A DNA stretch of 64,000 nucleotides from Nitrospirota bacterium (GTDB lineage Bacteria > Nitrospirota > UBA9217). The translations under genes were made by a program, and so were the position numbers. The stretch spans positions 224,001 to 288,000 of the forward strand of contig CAVWHO010000020.1 in the NCBI GenBank assembly GCA_963754875.1, written 5' to 3'. Below are positions 50,880 through 62,743 of this stretch, piece by piece. How positions within the stretch are numbered: the first letter of the stretch is position 1; the number at the start of each line of letters is the position of its first letter. The notes under the pieces were generated by a model, which worked only from the letters and a program-made list of their open reading frames with translations, made no database searches and was not told the DNA's origin.

Positions 50880-51896
50880 TCAAGTCGATGAAAGTTTCAT
50901 CTCTCTCTTGCCCTGAATCCTGCTATCCTCAACGACACGGATTTTATCCAGCTTAAATTCTTTCATGAGTGATTTTATGTTTTCGCGCCGCTGACCTACG
51001 GCAAGAGAGATATCCTTGGGGTTTACGGAAAACTCTGCTGTAGTGTTTTCTCCTGTCCTCTTTTTCAGTGCAGACCGCATCTTATCCAGGAAAATTGCAG
51101 ACTCAACGAGCTGTCTAAAGGCAGGGTGAAAAGGGCCGGCAAGGATAGTACCCGGCTTCTCCAGCTCTTCCGTTGATTGCAGTCCTATTCGGATTACATC
51201 GATACCCGCGTGTTCAACTCTTATTACAGCATCTCGGCATAAGGCATACGGCCTCATCGAGTGTGAACGGCCGATATGATCCGTTTCTGTAAAGTTTTTC
51301 AAGCGGTGTGCCTTTGATTACGAGCACAGGATAGAGCCGGACGAAATCGGGTTTCATCGAATGACGGTGTCGATGGTCTTTCTGAAGAAAGTTATTTGCT
51401 CGTATCGCCCGGGAGGCCCGGCATGAGTTGAAGCCCGACTGTAAATTCATGCTCTTTAAGAAGCTTTTACCGCGTTTATCGTATCGTCTGCCGCTGTGAC
51501 CGCGACCGGCGTTGATCAATACGGTGTCATCCATGGATTGAGCGCCGAGTTCAATGACCGTAACATGATGCTCTTTGAGGAGTGATAGTATCTCCTTGCT
51601 GATGCAGTCAGGACGCGTGGAAAGCCTGATAGTGCGGACTCGTGCTGACTGAATAAAGGGACGGACGGTTTCGAGATAGGTTTGCTGTACTTCGAGTGGC
51701 AGAGCGGTAAAGCTTCCCCCGTAGAATGCAATTTCGACAGCGTTCAGCGGAACGATGAGTGCTTAAATAGCGATTGATCTTGTCAGGGATGGTTGATGCA
51801 TCATCGGGGTCGGTTCTGTCCCGTAATATTTTTCTGGTTGCAAAATACGCACTGATGCGGGCAACCGGAGTGGGGGATGAAGAAAGGGATGATCAT
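50880..51896 (-). CDS. Radical SAM protein (Elp3-like), multiple apparent frameshifts
   Basis: IIPFFIPHSGCPHQCVFCNQ, FVRLYPVLVIKGT, IRIGLQ, AGPFHPAFRQLVES; follows rnc. Confidence 0.78.
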
Positions 51897-51970
51897 GGGA
51901 ACAGTTGGCAGAAGAGAGTAGATAGGAGACAGGGGAGGAACTGGATTATTTCCCTGTACTCGTTTGCTGC

Positions 51971-52669
51971 CTACTGCTGTTTGTCTTCTCGAAGTCTTTC
52001 CAGCGCTTCTTTTGCCGCTTTCTGTTCGGCTTCCTTTTTGCTTTTGCCGATGCCGTGACCGTATACGTTTTCCTTTAACGGAAAGCTCGACTTCAAACTG
52101 TTTCTGGTGATCGGGGCCGGTCTCGGACACGATCCGGTATTCGGGAAGCTGCTTCAGCCGCTCTTGGCACAGTTCCTGGAGTTCGGTCTTGTAATCGAGC
52201 GTGCCGCGGGACGTGCAGGTTTTTTTAACCATCTCTTCGAAGAACCGGATGACGAATGCTTCCACAGCTGCATTGCCTGCATCGAGATAAATGGAGGCGA
52301 TGAGCGCTTCAAGACAGTTCGCGAGCAAGCGAGTCCTTGTCCCTTCCGCCGGTCTGTTCTTCTCCTTTGCCGAGCAGCAGGTAGCTGCCAAGACCGATTT
52401 CCCGGGCAACGGAGGCGAGGGCGGGCTCGCTCACGACAGCAGCGCGCAGCCGCGAGAGGTCGCCCTCGTTCGAATCGGGACAGTTTTTCATCAGGTATTG
52501 ACTGATCACGAGACCGAGAACGGCGTCGCCGAGGAACTCGAGCCGTTCGTTGTGGGCAGGAAACCCGGTTTTCGTTTGCAAAGGACTTGTGCGTCAGCGC
52601 CCGTTCGAGCAGTTCCGGGTCCTTGAACTGATGGGAAATCCGATGCTGCATGTCCGAAAGGGGCGGCAT
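51971..52669 (-). CDS. rnc: Ribonuclease III (multiple apparent frameshifts)
   Basis: [46 protein letters not shown]. Confidence 0.9.
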
Positions 52670-52670
52670 G

Positions 52671-53914
52671 TTATTTGCGGAAGCGTTTAAAGATCAGGCA
52701 CGCATTGGTGCCGCCGAAGCCGAAGGAATTCGACATAGCCACATCCACCTGCACGTGTCTCGCTTTATTGGGGATATAGTCCAGATCGCACTCTGGATCG
52801 GGGTTATCGAGGTTGATGGTCGGCGGCAGGACGCCGCGGTCCAAGGCCAGGACGGAGACAACGGCCTCGACGCCGCCGGCAGCGCCGAGCAGGTGGCCGG
52901 TCATGGATTTCGTGGAGCTGACCGGTATCTTATAGGCATAGTCGCCGAAGACGGTCTTGATGGCAATGCTTTCGAGCTCGTCGCCGTACTTCGTGGATGT
53001 GCCGTGTGCATTGATGTAGCCCATTTCCGTGGGAGCGATGCCTGCGTCCTTGATCGCCAGTTTCATGCACCGCGCGGCCCCTTCGCCGTTCGGAGCCGGG
53101 GAGGTTATGTGGTAGGCGTCTCCCGAGGCGCCGTAGCCGATCAGTTCCGCATGGATGCGCGCACCTCGCGCTATTGCGGACTCCATTTCTTCGAGGATCA
53201 ACGACGCCGGAGCCTTCGCCCATGATGAACCCGTCGCGGTCGGTGTCGAAGGGACGGCTTGCGCGCTGGGGCTCATTGTTCCGCGTGGACAGGGCCTTCA
53301 TGGCATTGAATCCGCCGACGCCGAGCGGGCAGATGCAGGACTCGGTGCCGCCGGCGATCATGGCATCGGCGTCTCCGCGCTCGATGGTCCTGAACGCTTC
53401 GCCGATGGAGTGGGTCCCCGTTGCACATGCCGTGACGACACAGATGTTAGGACCCTTGGCGCCGTAGCGGATGGAGAGTATCCCCGCAGCTTCATTGATG
53501 ATCAGCATGGGGATAAAGAAGGGGGTTATCTTGCGAAAACCCCGCTCGAGATAGACCTTGTGGTACTTTTCAATGGCAGGGAGTCCGCCCATGCCCGCGC
53601 TGACCATGACACCGACGCGCTCCGCATTCTCCTCGGTGATCTTGAGTCCCGCACGAGTCCATGGCCATCTGGCTTGCGGCTATCGCCAGATGAATAAAGC
53701 GGTCCATTTTTTTGATCTCTTTGAGCTCGATGTATTTCTCGGGCTCGAAGCCGTGGATCTCGCCTGCGATCTGCGTCGGAATATTCTTGTCCTCGAACTG
53801 CGTGATCGGGCCGATGCCCGACTTGCCGTTGATCAAGCCTTCCCAACTTGTTTCCGTATCAAGTCCGACCGGGGTGATCATCCCGATGCCGGTGACGACA
53901 ACTCTTCTTTTCAA
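52671..53914 (-). CDS. fabF: 3-oxoacyl-ACP synthase II (two apparent frameshifts)
   Basis: [44 protein letters not shown]. Confidence 0.93.
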
Positions 53915-54041
53915 AAGAGGGTTCCTCCTGGATAAAAATCCGAAAAGCCAAAAAACCAGCCCCCGCTCGAGCGGAAGAGGTCTTCTGGCTTTTTGGAATT
54001 ATGGTTCCTGTAGTTTGTATTTCCGTTGCTGGAGAACGCCG

Positions 54042-54308
<267 letters not shown>

Positions 54309-54358
54309 TTAAGACTTGATTGATCGTGTATGGTGCGTTGTGAAAATCGATTACTCGT

Positions 54359-55099
54359 TTACATGTACATTCCGCCGTTCACGTGGATCACCTGGCCGGT
54401 GATATACGACGCCCACGGCGAGGCGAGGAACCTGACGGCATTTGCCACGTCCTGCGGCGTGCCGAGCTTGCCCATGGGAATCTGCTTCGCCAGCTCCTGC
54501 CTTACATTCTCGGACAGAGCCTGGGTCATGGCCGTATCGATGAAGCCCGGGGCAACGGCATTTGCCGTGATGCCTCGGTTCGCGTATTCACGGGCAATGG
54601 TCTTTGTCAGCCCGATGAGGCCGGCTTTGGAAGCTACATAGTTAGCCTGGCCGGCGTTCCCCATCGCGCCGACGATCGAGGCAATATTGATGATGGTTCC
54701 CGCACGCTGCTTGGACATGTACTTGAGTGCAGCCTTCGTGCAGAGGAACGAACCTTTCAGGTTGATGCTGAGCACCAGGTCCCAATCCTCATCCTTCATA
54801 CGGAGGATGAGGCCGTCGCGGGTGATGCCTGCATTATTCACCAGGATATCAATTCTGCCGAACTTTTCTATTACCTGGTCGATCATGGCCGTGACATCAG
54901 CGGAAGCGGCCACGTTCGCCTTGAGGGCCAGTGATTTTCTGCCTTTGGTCTCGATATCTCCGGCGGTTTTTTGTGCGGCATCGAGGTTAACATCGCAGAT
55001 GGCGACATCGGCGCCATCGTTCGCAAGAGCAAGGGCGATGTCCCTGCCGATCCCCTGGGCAGCTCCGGTGACGAGGGCGATTTTACCAGATAAGCTCAT
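54359..55099 (-). CDS. fabG: 3-oxoacyl-ACP reductase
   Basis: TGAAQGIG, NNAGITRD, GNAGQANYVASK, PGFIDT. Confidence 0.96.
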   Translation of the reverse strand: MSLSGKIALVTGAAQGIGRDIALALANDGADVAICDVNLDAAQKTAGDIETKGRKSLALKANVAASADVTAMIDQVIEKFGRIDILVNNAGITRDGLILRMKDEDWDLVLSINLKGSFLCTKAALKYMSKQRAGTIINIASIVGAMGNAGQANYVASKAGLIGLTKTIAREYANRGITANAVAPGFIDTAMTQALSENVRQELAKQIPMGKLGTPQDVANAVRFLASPWASYITGQVIHVNGGMYM

Positions 55100-55217
55100 G
55101 AACTCCTCCAGAGACAATTCAAAGATCCAGCCATACTCCTCGCAGACATCCGAAAGGCAGATGCACGTCTTGAGTCAATTTCCTGGCGTCCTCTGTGTCG
55201 TTGCGAGAATTATACAG

Positions 55218-56150
55218 CTATATTCCCAGTGTGGTCAGTGTGTCGTTCATGCTCTTCTGGTCTTCGACATTCAGAATTTTTGCGTCTTTGGCGATCCGCC
55301 TGACAAGACCCGAGAGCACTTTGCCGGGGCCGATTTCAATAAAGGTGTCGCATCCGTCAGCTACCATCGCGCTGATTGAGTCTTCCCAGTACAGGGGAGC
55401 GCTGATCTGTTTGACGAGCGACGGCCTCAGCTCCGATGCCGTGCGCAGGAACTTGGCGTCGGCGTTGTTCACGATCGGGAAACGGAGGTCGCGAATCGTT
55501 GTTTTTTCCAGCTCCCGCGCAAGTGCGATGCCGGCCTGTTTCATCAAGGCACAGTGTGAGGGAACGCTTACCGCGAGAGGGATGACTTTTTTCGCCCCTC
55601 TGGATTTTGCAAGCTCCATCGCTTTTTCGACAGCAGCTGTTTCGCCGGCAATTACTATTTGGCCCGGAGTGTTGTAATTTGCAGGGGCAACTATACCATT
55701 TTTAGCAGCTTCAAGGCAAGTTTTTTCTACGTCCTGCCGGTCCATGCCCAGAATAGCGGCCATGAGTCCCGATCCCGCGGGAACTGCTTCCTGCATAAAT
55801 CGCCCTCTTTTTTGGACCAATGCCACGGCGTCTTTGAACTCGAAGCCATCTGCCGCGGTGATTGCCGTATATTCGCCGAGGCTGTGACCGGCTGCAGCCG
55901 CTGCCGTCAAACCTCTCCGTTCAAGAGGCTGCAAGATCGCCATACTCGCCGCCAGAATGGCAGGTTGTGTGTTTTCCGTGAGGTTCAGTTTTTCGACAGG
56001 GCCGTCTATGCACAGACGCGCAAGATCATACCCGAGCGCGGTACTTGCTCTGTCGAAAACTTCTTTGGATTCCGGGAAATTCTCTATAAATTCTTTTGCC
56101 ATCCCGACATACTGGGAACCCTGGCCGGGAAAGATGAATGCGATTTTCAT
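55218..56150 (-). CDS. fabD: Malonyl-CoA:ACP transacylase
   Basis: FPGQGSQ, TQPAI, GHSLGEY, EIGPGKVL. Confidence 0.96.
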   Translation of the reverse strand: MKIAFIFPGQGSQYVGMAKEFIENFPESKEVFDRASTALGYDLARLCIDGPVEKLNLTENTQPAILAASMAILQPLERRGLTAAAAAGHSLGEYTAITAADGFEFKDAVALVQKRGRFMQEAVPAGSGLMAAILGMDRQDVEKTCLEAAKNGIVAPANYNTPGQIVIAGETAAVEKAMELAKSRGAKKVIPLAVSVPSHCALMKQAGIALARELEKTTIRDLRFPIVNNADAKFLRTASELRPSLVKQISAPLYWEDSISAMVADGCDTFIEIGPGKVLSGLVRRIAKDAKILNVEDQKSMNDTLTTLGI

Positions 56151-56270
56151 GAAGTATGACCTCGAAAAATCTTGAGCGCTGCAGTTTGTCGCAGCTTAAA
56201 GAGATAAAAGGCTACCGAGGGATAACCCGTATTCTTTGCTTTATCTGAAGACAAAAGAACTTGTATTCAG

Positions 56271-57461
56271 TTATCCCCGCATTTCCCGGATCTTCTTGAT
56301 CATAATCGGGACAACTTCGTGGACGTCACCGACGATGCCGTACGTAGCCACGTTAAAGATGGGCGCGTCAGGATCTTTGTTGATGGCCACAATCACTTCC
56401 GACGACTGCATGCCGGCAACGTGCTGGATAGCACCGGATATTCCGCAGGCAATATAGAGCTTAGGGCAAACGGTCTTGCCGGTCTGACCTACCTGGTGGG
56501 GATAGGGGACCCATCCTTCGTCAACAGCGCCTCTCGTCGCAGCAACGGCGCCGCCGAGCGCCTTGGCGAGTTCTGCAACAAGCTCGAAGTTTTTAGCGCT
56601 ACCCAAACCACGGCCTCCAGCCACGATAATATCGGCCTCACATATGTTCACCGTCTCTCCGATCTCTTCTATGGTTTTGATGACTTTGGTGCGGAGATCG
56701 CCGGACTGGGTATAGCGCACGTTAATAACGTCCCCGGTCCGGGAGTCGTTGTGCGGAGCTGGTTTCATGACCTTGTGTCTGACCGTTGCCATCTGCGGAC
56801 GGTGGTTCGGGGTTACAATGGTGGCCATAATGTTTCCGCCGAAGGCAGGCCGGGTCTGGTGGAGGTGGCCGGTTTCCGCATCAATATCGAGGGCCGTACA
56901 ATCGGCAGTCAACCCGGTGTACAGTGATGACGCAACTTTGGGGAAGAAGGAGCGGCCGATCGCTGTTGCGCCGGCAAGGATGACCTCCGGTTTATGTTGT
57001 TTCGCAAGCGTTGTCAGGACCGCAGCATAAGAATCGTCGTTGAAATCCTTGAGTGCCGGGTCGTCGGCAACATAGACAATGTCTGCGCCGTGGGCGATGA
57101 GATCCTGCACCTTGTCCTTGATGCCGTGACCGATGAACACGGCAGAGAGCTTTGTTTTCTTTTTGTCGGCGAGCTTCCTGCCCTCACCGAGGAGTTCCAG
57201 GGCCACGCTGGCGACGTCCCCTTTGTGTTGTTCTGCGAAGACCCACACGCCCTTGTAGGCTGACAGATCGGCAGCCGGCGCCGTAGCTTCGTCAATCTTC
57301 TCGATGGCTTTGAATTCGCAGACTTCAACGCAGGCCCCGCACATGGTGCAGGCCTCGGTTATGAATGCCTTGCCCTCTCGCATTTCGATTGCGCCGAAGG
57401 GGCAAGCCGTCACGCAGGTTTCGCAGGACGTGCACTTATCGGATATGACTCGAACGCTCAC
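56271..57461 (-). CDS. etfA: Electron transfer flavoprotein alpha subunit with N-terminal 2[4Fe-4S] ferredoxin domain
   Basis: CTSCETCVTACP and CTMCGACVEVC; GLTADCT, TRPAFGGN, QVGQTGKTV, GISGAIQH. Confidence 0.94.
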   Translation of the reverse strand: MSVRVISDKCTSCETCVTACPFGAIEMREGKAFITEACTMCGACVEVCEFKAIEKIDEATAPAADLSAYKGVWVFAEQHKGDVASVALELLGEGRKLADKKKTKLSAVFIGHGIKDKVQDLIAHGADIVYVADDPALKDFNDDSYAAVLTTLAKQHKPEVILAGATAIGRSFFPKVASSLYTGLTADCTALDIDAETGHLHQTRPAFGGNIMATIVTPNHRPQMATVRHKVMKPAPHNDSRTGDVINVRYTQSGDLRTKVIKTIEEIGETVNICEADIIVAGGRGLGSAKNFELVAELAKALGGAVAATRGAVDEGWVPYPHQVGQTGKTVCPKLYIACGISGAIQHVAGMQSSEVIVAINKDPDAPIFNVATYGIVGDVHEVVPIMIKKIREMRG

Positions 57462-57567
57462 GGGGAACTCCTTAAGCCAGAAGACAGATGTCAGAGGACA
57501 GATGACGGATTGTTACTCTCATCTTACGGTTTTGTCTGGTTTCTGAATCTCGCTTTTGTCATCTGTT

Positions 57568-58353
57568 TTAAATAAACGATTGCTCTTTCAACTTTGAAAT
57601 GACAGTAGTGATTTGATCTTCCATGCTCCCGGTCAGAACCTCTCGCTGGCCGCGGGCCGCGGGCGGGAATATTTTTACGACCTTCGTGGGAGAACCCTTG
57701 AGCCCGCATTTGCTGTCGTCGGCGCCGATATCCTTGGCGTTCCAGCTGGTTACCTTCAGGCTTTTGGCCTTCATCTTGCCCTTGAGAGAAGGTACGCGGG
57801 GTTGGTTGATTTCTTTTACAACCGTGATGAGCGCGGGAAGGGACGTTTCAACGACATCATATCCCTCGTCCATCAGCCGTTCAGCCAACATCTTTTTCCC
57901 CTCGATTTGTTCGATCTTCTTTATATACGCGACGAAGGGAATGCCGAGCATATCAGCAGTTTCCGGACCGACTTGCGCTGTGTCTCCATCGATTGCCTGT
58001 TTGCCGGCAATGATCAGGTCGTAATCAGCTATTTTCTTAATTCCCTGGGAAAGAGCATAGGACGTGGCCCAGGTATCCGCACCGGCAAATGCCCTATCGG
58101 AGAGGAGCACGACGTCGTCTACTCCGAGAGAAATGGCTTCTTTCAGCGCCTCAGCCGCCTGGGGCGGGCCCATGGTGACTGCGGTAACCTTGCCGCCGTG
58201 TTTTTCCCGAAGACGGAGAGCCTCTTCGATGGCATACATGTCAAAGGGGTTGATGATGCTCGGAACCCCGTCGCGGATAAGCGTGTTGGTCTCGCGGTTT
58301 ATTTTGACTTCCGATGTGTCCGGAACCTGTTTTACCAGGACGATGATGTTCAT
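57568..58353 (-). CDS. etfB: Electron transfer flavoprotein beta subunit
   Basis: KQVPDT, INPFD, DRAFAGADTWAT, GKQAIDGDTAQVGP, GLKGSPT. Confidence 0.95.
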   Translation of the reverse strand: MNIIVLVKQVPDTSEVKINRETNTLIRDGVPSIINPFDMYAIEEALRLREKHGGKVTAVTMGPPQAAEALKEAISLGVDDVVLLSDRAFAGADTWATSYALSQGIKKIADYDLIIAGKQAIDGDTAQVGPETADMLGIPFVAYIKKIEQIEGKKMLAERLMDEGYDVVETSLPALITVVKEINQPRVPSLKGKMKAKSLKVTSWNAKDIGADDSKCGLKGSPTKVVKIFPPAARGQREVLTGSMEDQITTVISKLKEQSFI

Positions 58354-58419
58354 GTATCCAATCCTTTTCTACGAAAGCACGAAGGGGTTTTTTTGACTTA
58401 ACGACTCTGTGCTGATTTT

Positions 58420-59577
58420 TTATTTCGTTCTTGTAGCTTCCTTAATCATGTCCAGCGCGACAACATTGCGCTGGATCTGGTTCGTGCCCTCGTAAATCTG
58501 GAGGATCTTGGCATCGCGCATCATTTTTTCGACCGGGTATTCCTTCATATATCCCGAACCGCCCATGACCTGGACCGCATCGGTGGTTACTTTCATCGCC
58601 ACATCGGTGGCAAACAGCTTGGCCATGGCCGAGGCGCGTGAAACGTCTTTTGCCCCGCTGTCGATAAAGCGCGCAACGGAATATACGAGAGAGCGTGCGG
58701 CTTCGGTTTGGGTTTGCATGTCGGCAAGCATGTGCTGGACGGCCTGGAACGAGGTGATCGGCTGGCCGAACTGGACCCGTTGCTTTGCAAATTTGATCGC
58801 TTCGTCAATGGCCCCCTGCGCAACACCTACGCCCTGGGCGCCCACACCCGTGCGGGAGCTATCGAGTGTCTTCATGGCAACGATGAACCCCATGCCTTCC
58901 TTGGCAATAATGTTTTCCTTAGGGATGCGGCAATTGTTGAAAATGAGTTCCGTGGTAGATGAAGCCCGAATGCCCATTTTGTTTTCCTTCTTGCCGAAGG
59001 TGAAGCCCGGCGTGCCCTTTTCCACGATGAATGCCGATGCGCCACGCGGACCTTTTGACCTGTCGGTGATTGCGATAACCGTGTAAATATCGGCTTCACC
59101 ACCGTTCGTGATCCACTGTTTGGTGCCGTTCAGTACGTACTCGCTGCCATCGAGCTTTGCCGTAGTCTGTACACCGCTGGCATCGCTGCCGGCGTTGGCC
59201 TCTGTTAGTCCGAAGGCCACGAGTTTCTTACCAGTCGCGATGTTGGGAAGATATTTTTTCTTCTGGGCGTCGGTGCCGTGGAGCAAGATGGGATACGTGC
59301 CGAGCGCATTGGCGGCATAGCTCGTCGAAACGCCCACACAGGCCTTGGAGAGCTCTTCTACGGCGATACAGAGTTCGAGGGATTGCTTGCCCAGCCCGCC
59401 ATATTCCTCGGGAATAAAGATGCCGAAGAGATCGGCCTGAGCCAGGGCTTTCATGATGTCGGTCGGAAATTTGTTCTGTTCATCGAGCTCGGCGCGAACG
59501 GGAACGATCTTTTCCACGGCTATCTGCCGGGCAAGGTCGCGTATCATGATCTGTTCTTCTGTCAGCAAATAGTCCAT
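58420..59577 (-). CDS. Acyl-CoA dehydrogenase family protein (Bcd-like)
   Basis: FGLTEANAGSD, KQWITNG, KMGIRAS, RVQFG, RDAKILQIYEGTNQIQR. Confidence 0.95.
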   Translation of the reverse strand: MDYLLTEEQIMIRDLARQIAVEKIVPVRAELDEQNKFPTDIMKALAQADLFGIFIPEEYGGLGKQSLELCIAVEELSKACVGVSTSYAANALGTYPILLHGTDAQKKKYLPNIATGKKLVAFGLTEANAGSDASGVQTTAKLDGSEYVLNGTKQWITNGGEADIYTVIAITDRSKGPRGASAFIVEKGTPGFTFGKKENKMGIRASSTTELIFNNCRIPKENIIAKEGMGFIVAMKTLDSSRTGVGAQGVGVAQGAIDEAIKFAKQRVQFGQPITSFQAVQHMLADMQTQTEAARSLVYSVARFIDSGAKDVSRASAMAKLFATDVAMKVTTDAVQVMGGSGYMKEYPVEKMMRDAKILQIYEGTNQIQRNVVALDMIKEATRTK

Positions 59578-59632
59578 TAAATCCTCCGCACGGTATCAAC
59601 AATTAATAATCTCAAATATATTTTTTCTTGCG

Positions 59633-60616
59633 TTACCAACGTACAAGAGCTGAAGCCCACGTCAGTCCTCCACCGAATGCTTCAAAAAGGAGGAGATGAT
59701 TTTCTTTAATTTTGCCGCTCCGGACCGCTTCGTCAAGGGCCATGGGGATGGAAGCGGCCGAGGTATTGCCGTATTTAGGAAGTGTCAGCACAACTTTTTC
59801 CATTGGCATATTGAGACGTTGTGCCATGGCTTGAATGATCCGCAGGTTCGCCTGGTGAGGAACGAGGAAGTCGATCTCTTCCGCTTTTACCTTGTTATAC
59901 TCCAGTGCTTCCTGGACGACGCCCTCAAGAGCCCTCACCGCGGCTTTGAACGTTTCATTGCCTTTCATCTTTATAAAATGCATGCGTTTATGGATTGTTT
60001 CGTGAGAGGTCTGGGTTCTGTGCTCCGCCGCCGGGAACATGGATCAAGGTTTCCCTGCGAACCGTCGGAATGGATGTGAGTGGAGAGAATGCCGCGCTTG
60101 CCCGTGTGCCGTTGGATGACTGCCGCACCTGCGCCGTCTCCGAAGAGAATGCAGGTCGAGCGATCCTCCCAGTCCGTATACCGCGACAGGACCTCGGCAC
60201 CGACGAGCAGGATGTTTTTATACATTTCAGATTTGATGTATGCGCTTGCAACGGACATCCCGTAGATAAAGCCTGAACAGGCGGCATAGATATCGAAGGC
60301 AGCGGCTTTTCGTGCCCCGAGTCTTTCCTGGAGCACGCACCCCAAGCTCGGCAGGATCATGTCCGGTGTCATGGTTGCTACTATGATAAGATCGATTTCT
60401 TCAGCGGCGAGCCCCGCGGCTTTGAGGGCTTTTTTGCTCGCTTCATAGGCAAGGTCCGATGTGGTCTGTCCCTTTTCCTGCGATCCTGCGCTCTTTAATG
60501 CCTGTTCGCTCGGTGATCCATTCGTCGGTGGTGTCAATAAGCTTTTCCAGATCCTGGTTCGTAATAATTTTTTTAGGTGCAAAGGATCCGGTTCCTGTTA
60601 TTCGTGCGTGAATCAT
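59633..60616 (-). CDS. fabH: 3-oxoacyl-ACP synthase III (apparent frameshifts)
   Basis: [48 protein letters not shown]. Confidence 0.92.
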
Positions 60617-61626
60617 TTAGTTCTCGTCAGCTCCATATTCTTTTCAATGTCCTCATGAATGTGTTTATTAACCTCGCTCTTGGCAAGCTCGGCGGCGACA
60701 CGAATCGCGTTCTTGATCGCCCGTCGGACGAGCGGCCGTGGCTGATGATGCTGATGCCGTTGATGCCCACGAGTGGTGCGCCGCCGTATTCCGCATAGTC
60801 GACCCGGCGTTTGAGCGAATCGAACGCCGGCCGCATTAACAGATAACCGAGTTTTCGCACCAGGCTCTTGCCGATACCCTCGCGGATAAAGAGGCCTATG
60901 GCTTCGACAACGGATTCGGAGACCTTGAGCACGACGTTCCCGACAAATCCGTCGCAGACGATCACATCGGCGTTGCCGGACATAACATCACGGCCCTCGA
61001 CGTTTCCGATGAAATTAAGCGAGGTCTCGGTCAGGAGTTTGAAAGCTTCCTTGGTCAGTTCGTTCCCTTTGGTTTCCTCCTCCCCGATGGAAAGGAGCCC
61101 CACACGGGGATTTGGAATTCTTAACAGATACTTCGCGTAGACTTCGCCCATAATGGCGAATTGCAAGAGGTGGTTTGGCTTGCAGTCCACGTTCGCGCCC
61201 ATATCGAGGATAATGGACGTGCCTTTAGTGGTCGGCATGAAGGTGGCAATGGCAGGCCGTTCCACGCCCTCAACCGACCCCAGAACAAAGAGCGAGGTTG
61301 CCATGGCTGCGCCGGTATGTCCCGCACTGATCACGGCGACTGCCTCTCCGTTTTTGACGAGATCGTTGGCCACCCGGATGGACGAATTTTTTTTCCTGCG
61401 AAAGACCGTAGCAGGCGAATCGAGCATGTCCACGACTTCGGCGGCATTTTGAATCTCTATGGGAAGCGTTTTTGCTTGAGGGTGCTTGTCTAATTCTGCC
61501 CGGACAATCTGTTCGATACCGACCAGGATTATCCCGACCTCCGTACTCCATTGCAGCCTGCACGGCACCTGCGATGACGGCATGCGGCGCGTTGTCCCCC
61601 CCCATTGCATCAACGGCAATCTTCAT
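60613..61626 (-). CDS. plsX: Phosphate acyltransferase PlsX (apparent frameshifts)
   Basis: [47 protein letters not shown]. Confidence 0.92.
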
Positions 61627-61644
61627 TCAGACTCCCTACAATAT

Positions 61645-61690
61645 AAAAGGCAAAGGGTCATACGGAAAAACAGTATCATCCCTTTGCCTT
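61645..61690 (-). terminator. Hairpin or terminator after rpmF
   Basis: 11-bp stem aaggcaaaggg/ccctttgcctt with a short T tail on the minus strand. Confidence 0.5.
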
Positions 61691-61705
61691 CGAACATGCT
61701 TCTGA

Positions 61706-61891
61706 CTATATCTGCTGAACAGTCATGACCTCACGGCCGTTATAGGTGCCGCAGGACAGACAGGCATGATGAGGCTGTTTGACCTCCTGACACTGCGGGC
61801 AGACCGTCAGGTTCGGGGCCATGAGTTTTTGTTTTTCTGTGCGTCTCTTGTCCCTGCGGGACTTGGAATGTCTGTGTTTTGGATTTGCCAT
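61706..61891 (-). CDS. rpmF: 50S ribosomal protein L32
   Basis: MANPKHRHSKSRRDKRR, CPQC...PHHAC.SCG.YNGR. Confidence 0.96.
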   Translation of the reverse strand: MANPKHRHSKSRRDKRRTEKQKLMAPNLTVCPQCQEVKQPHHACLSCGTYNGREVMTVQQI

Positions 61892-61908
61892 TTTTAGTAA
61901 TACTCCTT

Positions 61909-62426
61909 CTATTTTTTTAATAAATCCTTTAAAGCGGCAAAAGCACCGAAATCTCCCGGCCCACTCTGCTGGTGACCGCATTGCGTTTTGTTCAGATCCG
62001 TTCCGCAGACGCTGCAGAGCCCCTTGCATTCAGGATTGTGAAGCGGGACCATGGGGACGGCGATGAGCAACTGCTCCTTTACAATACTCGATCGGCTCGA
62101 TTTCATCGCCTTGATAGAACTCTATGTCGAGTTCTCCGGAAACCAGCTCATGCTCCGGCGCCGCACCAAGCGAATTGACCGGGGCCAGGTCAACGAGTCA
62201 ATTCGTTGTCTATCTTATAAGGAAAGCTTATCAGGCAACGGCTGCATTCAAGAACGGCAGTTGCCTGTACTCGCCCTGAAATATGGAGGATGCCTCTTCC
62301 TTCCGGTTTGATTCGCAGATCCGCTGTAAACTCCGCGATGTCAGCGCCCTTGTCGAACAAATCGAGCTTCTGCGCAAGCTCCAGGGTAAGCCCCTCTGGC
62401 GGTATGTCGTTGATTTTGATAGCCAT
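61909..62426 (-). CDS. YceD/DUF177 family protein (apparent frameshifts)
   Basis: ECSRCL, EQLLIAVPM.PLH..ECKGLC.VCG.DLN, FAALK; upstream of rpmF. Confidence 0.85.
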
Positions 62427-62521
62427 TTCTTTTTATTACCGGGGCTGTAAGATTGGAATTATATAGAGACAGCCATGTTTTGTCAAGAAAAAATACCGTT
62501 CTTTGCCCTGACCCAAGATAA

Positions 62522-62537
62522 CGGCATTGCTCTTGCT
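62522..62537 (+). promoter_or_regulatory. Possible sigma54 promoter
   Basis: CGGCATTGCTCTTGCT has GG-N10-GC spacing. Confidence 0.35.
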
Positions 62538-62743
62538 ATTATTTATTATCGATGTTTTTTGTGCTTAGTAACAACCCATGGCTTTTGTGCCGCAGAACGG
62601 CAGTGCAGGATGTTGCAATTTGTTTGCTAGTTTCTATCCAGCTGCAAATGCACGTATACCCTAAAAATACCCTATCTGATGTGTTGACTTCACTGGGCGA
62701 TTTAACTAAAATTTTAAACCTGCCAAAACTCAGGAGGCATTCA

